Below the pieces are notes generated by a model. It made no database searches, was not told the origin of the DNA, and saw nothing but the letters and a program-made list of their open reading frames with translations. From an uncultured cyanobacterium (lineage in GTDB: Bacteria; Cyanobacteriota; Cyanobacteriia; Cyanobacteriales; Cyanobacteriaceae), in NCBI GenBank assembly GCA_963710605.1, contig CAVQBA010000001.1, positions 32,001 to 96,000 of the forward strand: a stretch of 64,000 nt of DNA, written 5' to 3'. A program made the translations under genes and the position numbers. Below, in pieces: positions 55,797 to 64,000 of this stretch (positions are counted from its first letter, which is position 1; the number at the start of each line of letters is the position of its first letter).

Positions 55797-57020
55797 ATGA
55801 ATTCTCAAGAAAAAGATAAAGCTATCTGGCTTATTTTGAGAGCATTAGCGATACAATTTCTTCCTATTATATTTATTCAATATTTGAGTTCTCAATTTAA
55901 TCTAGTTTGGGAAAATTTATTACTGTATAATGTTATTTCTTGTTTGTTATGGGGATTATTACTTTATGGATATATCCCTTTTATCAAGGGCTGTCGCCAT
56001 TATATTAAAAGTAAAGGTTATTCTGCTCATTGGGGTTGGCTAGGATTATTGAGTATTTTTGGTCTTTTTCTTTTATCGTTAATTCCGCCTAAAGCTCCTA
56101 TTATTTTGTCTCCAGAAATCTCAGATAAAGAGTCAATAAATCAGCCTTTTAGCAATATTAATCTCTTAGAAATTTTGGTATTATATTTGTTGAATTCTTA
56201 TATTGTCATGGCGTATTTTGCTTACTTAATTATTTTTATTACCGATCGGCAGAACGAAATTGAGGACTTATTTCAAGTAATAGATACTCCCATAGAATAT
56301 ATTGTTGTTGGAATTATTATTTCTATTTTTTCGTCATTGTTGATTAGAGATTTGAAATTAGTCGGTTTTGCTATTAAAGACTTTATTCCTGATTTTCAGA
56401 TCAACTGGACAATAGTTATTAAATCAACTTTTCTTTACAGTATTTTTATTATTTCATTTGGGAGATTAGTCTATTATTGGCTTTCTTTTATTTTTCCTAA
56501 TTATATAGAAAATCTAATTAACTCTAACCGTCCTACCAATTTTAATGTATTGGTAGCAGAAATATTTTTCAGCATATTAATTCTTCCAATTTTTGATTTA
56601 ATTATTTGTCTTGTTCTACAAAAACAGGCTCTTAAATGGAATAATAAAATAAGTATATTATTTTTATCTATTGTATCCTCTTTAATGTCTTTTTCACCTT
56701 CTTTTTTTGGTTCTTTCTTACACGTAATTATCTGGGCGATATTATTTTATAAAACAGCAAGTTTACTTAATATATTCATTTTTCAAACCTTTATTAACTT
56801 GATATTTAATTTTATCTATATTATTACTTATAGAAATAATAATAACTTGTTTAATATTTCAATTATAGAGTATCAAGAAATACATCAACCATATTTAATT
56901 TTATACTCTATTTTAGCTATGATATCGATTACATTTATAATCAATTTTATTTATAAAAATTTCCCTAAAGAAAATGACTTAATTCCTTTATATAAAAATA
57001 GAAGCAAACTATTATCTTAA
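55797..57020 (+). CDS. Very AT-rich polytopic membrane protein, degenerate CPBP/Abi-like
   Basis: Multiple TM helices; layout resembles CPBP but the catalytic EExxxR and HxxxN motifs are absent. Confidence 0.5.
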   Translation: MNSQEKDKAIWLILRALAIQFLPIIFIQYLSSQFNLVWENLLLYNVISCLLWGLLLYGYIPFIKGCRHYIKSKGYSAHWGWLGLLSIFGLFLLSLIPPKAPIILSPEISDKESINQPFSNINLLEILVLYLLNSYIVMAYFAYLIIFITDRQNEIEDLFQVIDTPIEYIVVGIIISIFSSLLIRDLKLVGFAIKDFIPDFQINWTIVIKSTFLYSIFIISFGRLVYYWLSFIFPNYIENLINSNRPTNFNVLVAEIFFSILILPIFDLIICLVLQKQALKWNNKISILFLSIVSSLMSFSPSFFGSFLHVIIWAILFYKTASLLNIFIFQTFINLIFNFIYIITYRNNNNLFNISIIEYQEIHQPYLILYSILAMISITFIINFIYKNFPKENDLIPLYKNRSKLLS

Positions 57021-57025
57021 TTTTT

Positions 57026-57181
57026 TTAACCTTTTGCTACTTCTAACCATCCCTCGACAGCTTCTGTTACCATTTCCATCAAATGTTCATAACTTTCTCC
57101 CCATGTATGACAACCAGGTAAAGCAGGTACAGTAGCACACCAAATATCATCTTCTTGCCAAACAATAACTTTGATATTCAT
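57026..57181 (-). CDS. Short, probably truncated HicB antitoxin (51 aa; not in the ORF track)
   Basis: MNIKVIVWQEDDIWCATVPALPGCHTWGESYEHLMEMVTEAVEGWLEVAKG*. Confidence 0.75.
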   Translation of the reverse strand: MNIKVIVWQEDDIWCATVPALPGCHTWGESYEHLMEMVTEAVEGWLEVAKG

Positions 57182-57331
57182 TATATTTTTCGTTTCAAAA
57201 TTTATTTTTACGATAGCAGAAATTTAGCTTTTTATAGGAAATGCGATCGATCGTTTGTAGTTGTGGCTTTAGCCATAAAGATGAATGTTTTTTGATGGAG
57301 TTAGAAGTGCGATCGTATCTTAACAAATCCA

Positions 57332-57670
57332 CTATTTAGTACTAATAGACCGATCTAAAGTATCAACAATCCATTGATTCAAACTCTTCCCTGAAGTTGA
57401 TGCCCTAACAGCGATTTCGGCGTGTAAAGTCGGTGATATTCGCAGATTGAATTTTCCCGAATACTCTTTACGTGGTTCAACTCCATCTTCAATACACATA
57501 TCCAAAAATACTTTTAATGAAGTTGCACCTTCTTGACGTAACCCTTGAATATCTGTAGCGTAAAAATCCGCTCCACCGTTTAAATCAATAAATTCTCCAC
57601 GAAACATATCAATATCTGGATCGTATTGAATAATGGCTCTGTAGCCGTTAATTTCCATTATATTTATCAT
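57332..57670 (-). CDS. HicB antitoxin with C-terminal RHH domain
   Basis: GY.A.I.YD, YSGKFNLRI.P.LH, KSLNQW; ATGA overlap with hicA. Confidence 0.9.
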   Translation of the reverse strand: MINIMEINGYRAIIQYDPDIDMFRGEFIDLNGGADFYATDIQGLRQEGATSLKVFLDMCIEDGVEPRKEYSGKFNLRISPTLHAEIAVRASTSGKSLNQWIVDTLDRSISTK

Positions 57671-57954
57671 GGCTCTACCCCGTTTTCTTTTAACCATTTA
57701 CGAATACTTACTACCGCTCCTTTATCTGTTTTTGGGGAAGGATGTGGTCTATGAAAAACACGCCTTTGCCCAAACAATCGAACACCTATTCTAGAGCCTT
57801 CTCTTTCACTTAATTCACCATCAAGGGCGATAAACAAAGCTTCAATATCTTTCCAATCAATATTGGCACTAGTTGGTTGAGTAAAGATGAGTTCTAATGT
57901 TTTGCGATGCTTACGTTTTATCACTATTATAGTACCATTATTTAGTACTAACAA
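57667..57954 (-). CDS. HicA toxin (true start probably near 57924)
   Basis: W.DIEALF..L, EGSR, FHRPHP...DKGAV. Confidence 0.88.
   Translation of the reverse strand: MLVLNNGTIIVIKRKHRKTLELIFTQPTSANIDWKDIEALFIALDGELSEREGSRIGVRLFGQRRVFHRPHPSPKTDKGAVVSIRKWLKENGVEP
57930..57950. promoter_or_regulatory. Putative HicB operator palindrome
   Basis: TAGTACcattatttaGTACTA immediately upstream of the probable hicA start. Confidence 0.45.
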
Positions 57955-58057
57955 AAGAAAATAATCGTTACAAAACTTCGTCTAGTAGATAAGTACGATA
58001 GATTTTTATCTAGATTGAAGGTGCGATTAGATTAAGTACAATTTCTTTGTTGCCACA

Positions 58058-58261
58058 TTATATTAAGTCAGAATCTTTTAAATTTGCTTGTTTCATCACG
58101 GTTTTTAGTAAACCTATTTTTAAATCTTGATTAGCATGAATAGGGATAGATATACTTTGATTCTCTTTTTGATAGCGATGATGACTACCTTTAACCCTAA
58201 CTAACCGCCATCCCTTTTTCTCCAATATTTTGCCTAATTTTTTCCCTGATATTGCTTTCAT
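58058..58261 (-). CDS. HicA toxin
   Basis: GW...R.KGSH, IPIH...DLK.G. Confidence 0.9.
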   Translation of the reverse strand: MKAISGKKLGKILEKKGWRLVRVKGSHHRYQKENQSISIPIHANQDLKIGLLKTVMKQANLKDSDLI

Positions 58262-58455
58262 ACAGTTAACTCAACCACTTTATCGGAAGGACTAAGATTT
58301 TCTGGTTCATCCTCCGCATATAAACTGATAACTTCTTTCAGGTTTTCTAAAACTTCATCAATAGTTTCACCTTGTGTATAACATCCCTGAAAAATTGGTA
58401 CTTCTGCCCAATATCCACCTTCTTCGGCTTCATGAATTATGGCTTTAACTTTCAT
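58258..58455 (-). CDS. HicB antitoxin (short form)
   Basis: EEGGYWAEVP...GC.TQGET. Confidence 0.9.
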   Translation of the reverse strand: MKVKAIIHEAEEGGYWAEVPIFQGCYTQGETIDEVLENLKEVISLYAEDEPENLSPSDKVVELTV

Positions 58456-58611
58456 TTGATTTTATTTGAATCATTTATTATTTGCTAGAAACTTAAGTTC
58501 ATTATAATAAACACAGAGATCCTTTATCGGCTCTAGTTTTCAAACGGTGAAAGGTTTTTTTGTAGAGGTTAGAGATACGATCAGGCGAAGCCTGGCACTG
58601 CGTGATCGTTT

Positions 58612-58863
58612 TTATTTTAATAGTCTTTCATATTCTGCATGACTTCCTATCCATACCCAAATATAATCTTCTCCCTCCTTAAAAGCTAAAGCACGGTAAT
58701 TAATCCCAATTCTTGCTGACCAAAATTTCCCTACTTTTTTTAAAGATAAAGAAGGATGATTTGAGTTGTTTTTTAAGAGTTCAAAATTCTTTTTTGCTAA
58801 AATTTGAGTTGATTGAGGTAACTGGTTAAAACATTCCCAAAATCTCGCATTAGTTCGATGCAC
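58612..58863 (-). CDS. RelE/ParE-like toxin
   Basis: HPSL.LKK, WSARIG..YRAL, W.WIGSHAEY. Confidence 0.8.
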   Translation of the reverse strand: MHRTNARFWECFNQLPQSTQILAKKNFELLKNNSNHPSLSLKKVGKFWSARIGINYRALAFKEGEDYIWVWIGSHAEYERLLK

Positions 58864-59064
58864 TTATAACTCCTGTAATTGATTTTTACTCTTTTCTAGT
58901 AAAGCTTCCTCAATTAAAAAATCAAGTTTTCCCGCATTAGAATCTTCCTCAATTTGCTTGTCCCATTTTTGCTCGTCTAACTCATTAATCCAATTTTTTA
59001 AATAGCTAAAGTCATTAGGCGTAAGAGTTTCTATTTCTGCCTGAATTAATTGTAATTTACTCAT
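58864..59064 (-). CDS. Putative antitoxin
   Basis: WD.QIEED..AGKLD.L..EA; directly upstream of the toxin. Confidence 0.7.
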   Translation of the reverse strand: MSKLQLIQAEIETLTPNDFSYLKNWINELDEQKWDKQIEEDSNAGKLDFLIEEALLEKSKNQLQEL

Positions 59065-59215
59065 ATTATCTATTTTTAAACATCATAGTTTTTGATATTT
59101 CGCTGTTATTCTAACATTTTAGTAAAGGTTGGAAGTACGATCGGGCGAAGCCCACCACTTCAATTATTTATAGATAAAATATTAGTAATCTTTTTTGATA
59201 GTTAGTGACAAATTC

Positions 59216-59437
59216 ATGAGACAAGTTTTATTTTATAGGGATGAAGACGACTATTGGATAGCAGAATGTCCAAGTTTAAAAGGTTGCGTTTCTCAAGGTG
59301 AGACAAAAGATATTGCCTTGGTAAATATTAAAGAAGCCATCAATGGTTACATAAAAGCTTTAGAAGAGGATAATATCCCTATTCCTGCCGAAAATTACGA
59401 CGAATTAGGGCGATCGACAAAACTAAACCAACTATAA
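59216..59437 (+). CDS. Orphan HicB antitoxin
   Basis: ECPSLKGCVSQGET; the tail ELGRS is encoded across GGGCGATCG. Confidence 0.8.
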   Translation: MRQVLFYRDEDDYWIAECPSLKGCVSQGETKDIALVNIKEAINGYIKALEEDNIPIPAENYDELGRSTKLNQL

Positions 59438-59482
59438 TTAACTCAAGATAAACTAAAAAATTTGAAGAGTAGAGCAGTAAAT

Positions 59483-59692
59483 ATGACAGAAATAGTATTT
59501 TTAGTAGAAGATGCACCCGAAGGTGGATATACAGCAAGGGCTTTAAGTGAGTCTATTTTTACCGAAGCAGATGACTTAGAATCTTTACGAGAAATGGTAA
59601 AAGATGCCGTTAATTGTCATTATGACGAGATCGAAAATCGTCCTAAAATTATTCGTTTACATATCGTCAGAGACGAGGTATTAGCAGTATGA
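59483..59692 (+). CDS. HicB-like antitoxin
   Basis: EIVFLVE..PEGGY.ARAL..SIFTEAD; ATGA overlap with hicA. Confidence 0.8.
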   Translation: MTEIVFLVEDAPEGGYTARALSESIFTEADDLESLREMVKDAVNCHYDEIENRPKIIRLHIVRDEVLAV

Positions 59693-59928
59693 AACTGCCT
59701 AGAGATTTATCCAGTGATGACTTAATTAAAAAACTATCTAAGTTAGGTTACGAAATTACTCGTCAAACAGGTAGCCATATAAGAGTAACTACTTCTGAAA
59801 ACGGTACACATCAAATAACTATTCCTGCCCATAATCCTATTAAAATAGGTACTTTAAATAATATTTTACGTGATGTTGCTCAACATTTAAATCTAAGTAA
59901 AAATGAACTATTGAAAAGATTATTTTGA
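59689..59928 (+). CDS. HicA toxin
   Basis: MKLPRDLS, RQTGSH, TIP.H...IGTL..IL. Confidence 0.9.
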   Translation: MKLPRDLSSDDLIKKLSKLGYEITRQTGSHIRVTTSENGTHQITIPAHNPIKIGTLNNILRDVAQHLNLSKNELLKRLF

Positions 59929-59968
59929 AAATGCGATCGGGCAAAGCCTACCAATGCTTAATCGCTTC

Positions 59969-60277
59969 TCAGGCAAAATATTGCGATAATACCAACACTA
60001 AAGTAATTACTCCCAAAATAATCATTAATCCTGCGGGCATAAACTTACCTGTTTTTTTTAGTCGTACAGAAAAGACAATAATCAAAAGTAAAGTTATTGC
60101 ACCAGCCATCAAAAAAGCCCACTCTAATCCTTGAGTAATTAAATAACTAGAAATTAACATCAAAATTCCACTGATACTACCTGAGATTAAAGAAGGTGTA
60201 CTTTTAGCTTGAAGATAACCGATTACCCCGCCAATGATACAGATTACGCCATAGATTGAACTTGCAATGACTGCCAT
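59969..60277 (-). CDS. TMEM14 family small membrane protein
   Basis: GG..GY..AKS.PSLISG, R..KT.KFMPAGL. Confidence 0.88.
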   Translation of the reverse strand: MAVIASSIYGVICIIGGVIGYLQAKSTPSLISGSISGILMLISSYLITQGLEWAFLMAGAITLLLIIVFSVRLKKTGKFMPAGLMIILGVITLVLVLSQYFA

Positions 60278-60363
60278 AGTAATTTACTCGTGTTAAAGTG
60301 GTTGTTTATTTTATTGTTTCGCATCGTGTTATAAAAGTCATTAGTCTTATTATCGATCGATTT

Positions 60364-61266
60364 ATGGATTTAATTTTCAGTGAATACAAAGGAGAAATAG
60401 CGGCTTTAGTTGGGGCGGCGTTATGGGCAATTTCGGCAACTGTTTATAGTAAGGTTGGTGCAACTATTCCCCCTTTGTTTTTGAATTTAAGTAAAGGTTT
60501 AATTGCGATCGTTTTTATTTTACTTACTTTACTCATCACCAAACATCAATTTTCTGATCTTAACCTAATTTCGCTCGTTGGTTTAACTATTAGTGGCATT
60601 ATGGGCATCGGTGTAGGAGACACTGCTTATTTTCAAGCCTTAAACCATTTAGGAGCGAGAAAAACTCTCCTTTTAGAAACTTTAGCACCACCTCTAACTG
60701 CTATTTTAGCTTTTGTTTTCCTGCAAGAAAAACTCAACAGTATTATTTGGATTGCGATGATAATCACGATTATAGGTATTGCTTGGGTAATTAATGAAAG
60801 AAACCTCCAAGCCGATAGTAAAAATGAGAATCTGACTATTGGTATTCGTTGGGCATTAGTTGGTGTCGTTTCTCAAGCTATTGGTGCAGTGATTGCGAGG
60901 TATGCTTTATCGACAACCAATGTATCTCCCCTTGAAAGTGCTTTGATTCGTTTAATTGGTGGCACGATTATTATTATTATTTTACTGGCTGGGCAAAAAA
61001 AACCTTTATCTCCATTATTGAGTAATAATTGGTCAATAAAATTAGTTAGTACTTTAATTGCCACCGCTTTTGCTAGTACTTATTTGGGTATTTGGTTGCA
61101 ACAAACAGCATTCAAATTTGCTCCTGCTGGAATTGCTCAAACTCTTCTAGCGACTAGCCCTTTATTTGTCTTACCTTTGGTTGCCTTTTCGGGGGAAAAA
61201 ATTACTTATCGATCGATATTAGGTGCGATGATTGCTTTATTAGGTGTATTTTTATTGTTTAATTAG
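60364..61266 (+). CDS. EamA/DMT family transporter
   Basis: GE.AAL..A.LWA, GDTAYF; about 10 TM helices. Confidence 0.88.
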   Translation: MDLIFSEYKGEIAALVGAALWAISATVYSKVGATIPPLFLNLSKGLIAIVFILLTLLITKHQFSDLNLISLVGLTISGIMGIGVGDTAYFQALNHLGARKTLLLETLAPPLTAILAFVFLQEKLNSIIWIAMIITIIGIAWVINERNLQADSKNENLTIGIRWALVGVVSQAIGAVIARYALSTTNVSPLESALIRLIGGTIIIIILLAGQKKPLSPLLSNNWSIKLVSTLIATAFASTYLGIWLQQTAFKFAPAGIAQTLLATSPLFVLPLVAFSGEKITYRSILGAMIALLGVFLLFN

Positions 61267-61318
61267 ACAATACAGTACCTCTGATGTGAATTTTGATTTC
61301 TTCTAAATAAACATGACT

Positions 61319-63410
61319 TTAATTAGCATCAACCAAATAAGCATTTTTTAAATTAGTACCTTTTAGATTAGCACCCGTTAAATTAGCATCAACCAAATAA
61401 GCATCGGTTAAATCAGCACCTGTCAAATTAGCATCAGTTAAATTAGTATTTTTTAAATCAGCACCTGTCAAATTAGCATCAGTTAAATCAGCACCTGTCA
61501 AATTAGCATCAGTTAAATTAAGAGCTTCTAAATTAACACCTTTTAAATTAGCATCAGTTAAATTAACACCTGTTAGATTAGCATCAACCAAATAAGCATT
61601 TTTTAAATAAGTATTAGTTAAATTAGCACCTTGTAAATTAGCACTACACAAATAAGCATTTTTTAAATAAGCATTAGTTAAATTAGCACCTTGTAAATAA
61701 GCACCGCTCAAATCAGTATCTTGTAAATAAGCACCGCTCAAATCAGTATCTTTTAAATTAGCATCTCTCAAATCAGCACCAGCTAGATTTTTTTTCGATT
61801 GATCGTTATTAACAATATCCCAAACCAATTGCCATTTTTTCTGTATTTTACTATTTTCATTTAACTTAGTATTCTTTAAACAAACACCTTCTAACTGTGC
61901 ATATGTTAAATCAGCATCCATTAAATCAGCATCTGTTAAATTAGCACCACTCAGATAAGCCCACTTTAAATTAGCACCCGTCAAATCAGTACCTGTCAAA
62001 TTAGCACCACTCAAATTAGCATTAGCTAAATTTCTGTTTAACTGATGATTATTAACAATATCCCAAACTAATTGCCACTTTTGGTCTATTTTAGTTTTTC
62101 TATCTAACTTCGTATTCCTTAAATCAGCACCTGTCAAATTAGCACCCGTCAAATCAGTACCTGTCAAGTCAGCACCATTTAAATTAGCCCCTGTTAAATT
62201 AGCACCTGTTAAATCAGCACCAGCTAAATTTCTGTTTAACTGATGATTATTAACAATATCCCAAACTAGTTGCCATTTCTGGTCTATTTTACTATTTTCA
62301 TTTAACTTAGTATTTTTGAGATTAGCACCTTCTAACTGTGCATCTGTTAAATCTGCGTCTGTCAAATCTGCATTTGTTAAGTTAGTATTTTTGAGATTAG
62401 CTCCTTTTAGATTAGTATTTGTTAAATTAGCATCCGTTAAATTATATTCTTCTAAATAAAAATCGCTTAAATCATTACCACTTAAATTAGTACCATCTAA
62501 TTCTGAAGTGTATAAATGTTTATCCATTAGATCGGTATTACTTAAATTAGCACCACTCAGATCAGCCCACTTTAAATTAGCACCGCTCAAATTAGCACCG
62601 CTCAAATTAGCATCCTCAAAACCAACCTCGACTAAATAAGCATTGGTTAAATCAGCACCGCTCAAATTAGCACCTCTTAAACTAATATTTCTTAAACTAA
62701 ATCCTTCTAGAGAGACTTTAACTTGAGGGTTATCTTTTCTCCATTGATTCCAAACATTACGGTTATTTTTTAAGATGAGTTCTAATATTTTTCTAGCTTG
62801 ACAACTGTTTAAGGCACGTAAAATAAATGAATTAGGAAGTAATACACGATCGCAATTTAGTAAATTAGTTAAAGTATCCGATGGTATTTCGTCTAAAAGG
62901 TTACTGTTAGCAAGTAAATATAAATCTAAAACACTGTTGTCTAAAAATTGATCTGGATAATAGTTTACCTAATATATTTAATAATTCCCAAGGAGTATTA
63001 GGATTAGAAACGATCGCTTTTAAGATGATTTCCTCATTCAAACCAGATCTTAACAAATAACAATAGGATTGAAATATTTGTGTTAAACGCTCAATTGATG
63101 TAGTTTCATCGTTTGCCTCTACCAGAAGATAATTCAATTCTGATGTACTCACAGGTGAGTCTTTATCAAGATAAATTTTAACCCCTAAATCTTGTAATTT
63201 TTTCAATTGGTAATGAAAATAAAATTTAGTTATCCAATGTAAAGGAGCGGAAATTTCAAATTTAACAGGTACAGATTCTAGTAAATCGCTAACTTTTTCA
63301 GATCTAAAACCAGTCCACTCTTTTACAGATTCAAAAGTAGGTATTTTCTGTTCGCCATAGCTAACTAAAGAAATAGGAATAGTTACCAGTAATTGATTTT
63401 CTAAACTCAT
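61319..63410 (-). pseudogene. LRV-like + pentapeptide-repeat protein with a single frameshift near 62965
   Basis: NPNTPWELLNILG continues in the shifted frame as YYPDQFLDNSVLDLYLL...WNQWR...RGANLSGA, joining ORF 61319-62665; A(D/N)Lxx repeats. Confidence 0.75.
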
Positions 63411-63626
63411 CTTTTTATAAATATCCTTTTTTATTTAACGTCTTGACTTTTATTATCTGCTTTTTTTCCTAATGGCTTATTCATCAATTAGACTGAAAAT
63501 TTTATGACTATTTATTATTTCTAAATGTGATAGTTTTACAAACGATCGTATTTAATTCAACCACTATTTAAATAAGATAACTAACAGCAAAATCTATCCA
63601 TCTCTAATAGCTACTGTAAGGTAAAA

Positions 63627-63998
63627 TCAAGAAACTATTTTTTTAAATTCAACTAAACGATTATCTAAATATTCTACAAGCTTTTGTGATGTCGAAATCA
63701 TTGGTTTCACTTTTTGATTAAAAATAAGATTCGATTTTACTTTTTTAATCGTATTATAATCAACTAGATAATCACCATCCAAATCTTCTAAATCTAATTC
63801 ATCCATGAATAAACTAACACCAATTTTTTTAGAGTATTGAAGAACTCTTTTTTTATCTTTATTACTAAATTTTTCTTGTTTAATAAATAAATCTATAGCA
63901 TTAATTCTCAGATATTTACAAAGAAAATGAATATCACTATAACCAATATTAAAAATTTCGATCGTGAATGGGTTCGATTGAGGATTTAAACTAGACAT
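63627..63998 (-). CDS. Hypothetical protein
   Basis: 123-aa ORF only. Confidence 0.45.
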   Translation of the reverse strand: MSSLNPQSNPFTIEIFNIGYSDIHFLCKYLRINAIDLFIKQEKFSNKDKKRVLQYSKKIGVSLFMDELDLEDLDGDYLVDYNTIKKVKSNLIFNQKVKPMISTSQKLVEYLDNRLVEFKKIVS

Positions 63999-64000
63999 TA

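Noticed and set aside
61319-62665. Dense nucleotide repeats as a possible second CRISPR or DGR template
   Set aside because: Explained by pentapeptide coding repeats; no spacers and no reverse transcriptase.

Overview
AT-rich cyanobacterial chromosome segment: psbZ, psb27, a cyanobacteriochrome kinase, abundant CGATCG/HIP1 sites and intergenic heptamer tandem repeats. By inference only, it is a Cyanobacterium/Geminocystis-like Chroococcales. Most of the window is housekeeping genes (glcE, 2-OG decarboxylase/ilvB-like, ychF, ribH, ligA, sufA, nadC, sfsA, cobO, gloB, ktrBA, grxC, acnB). Four accessory features stand out. (i) An orphan 8-repeat CRISPR array (43580-44122, no cas genes in the window) has a MITE-split degenerate repeat 3 kb away, and an LRR + aldo-keto reductase gene pair lies between the two. 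(ii) A dense array of small toxin-antitoxin modules at 57.0-60.0 kb is separated by a recurring same-strand motif ending in a HIP1 core. (iii) Several genes are damaged: ktrB has an in-frame TGA, a pentapeptide-repeat gene is frameshifted, and several toxins are decayed. (iv) A MazG-like/acyl-CoA dehydrogenase fusion and several families of REP/MITE/short dispersed repeats are present, one repeat inserted in frame in acnB. All calls are by eye from motifs; no database search was run.
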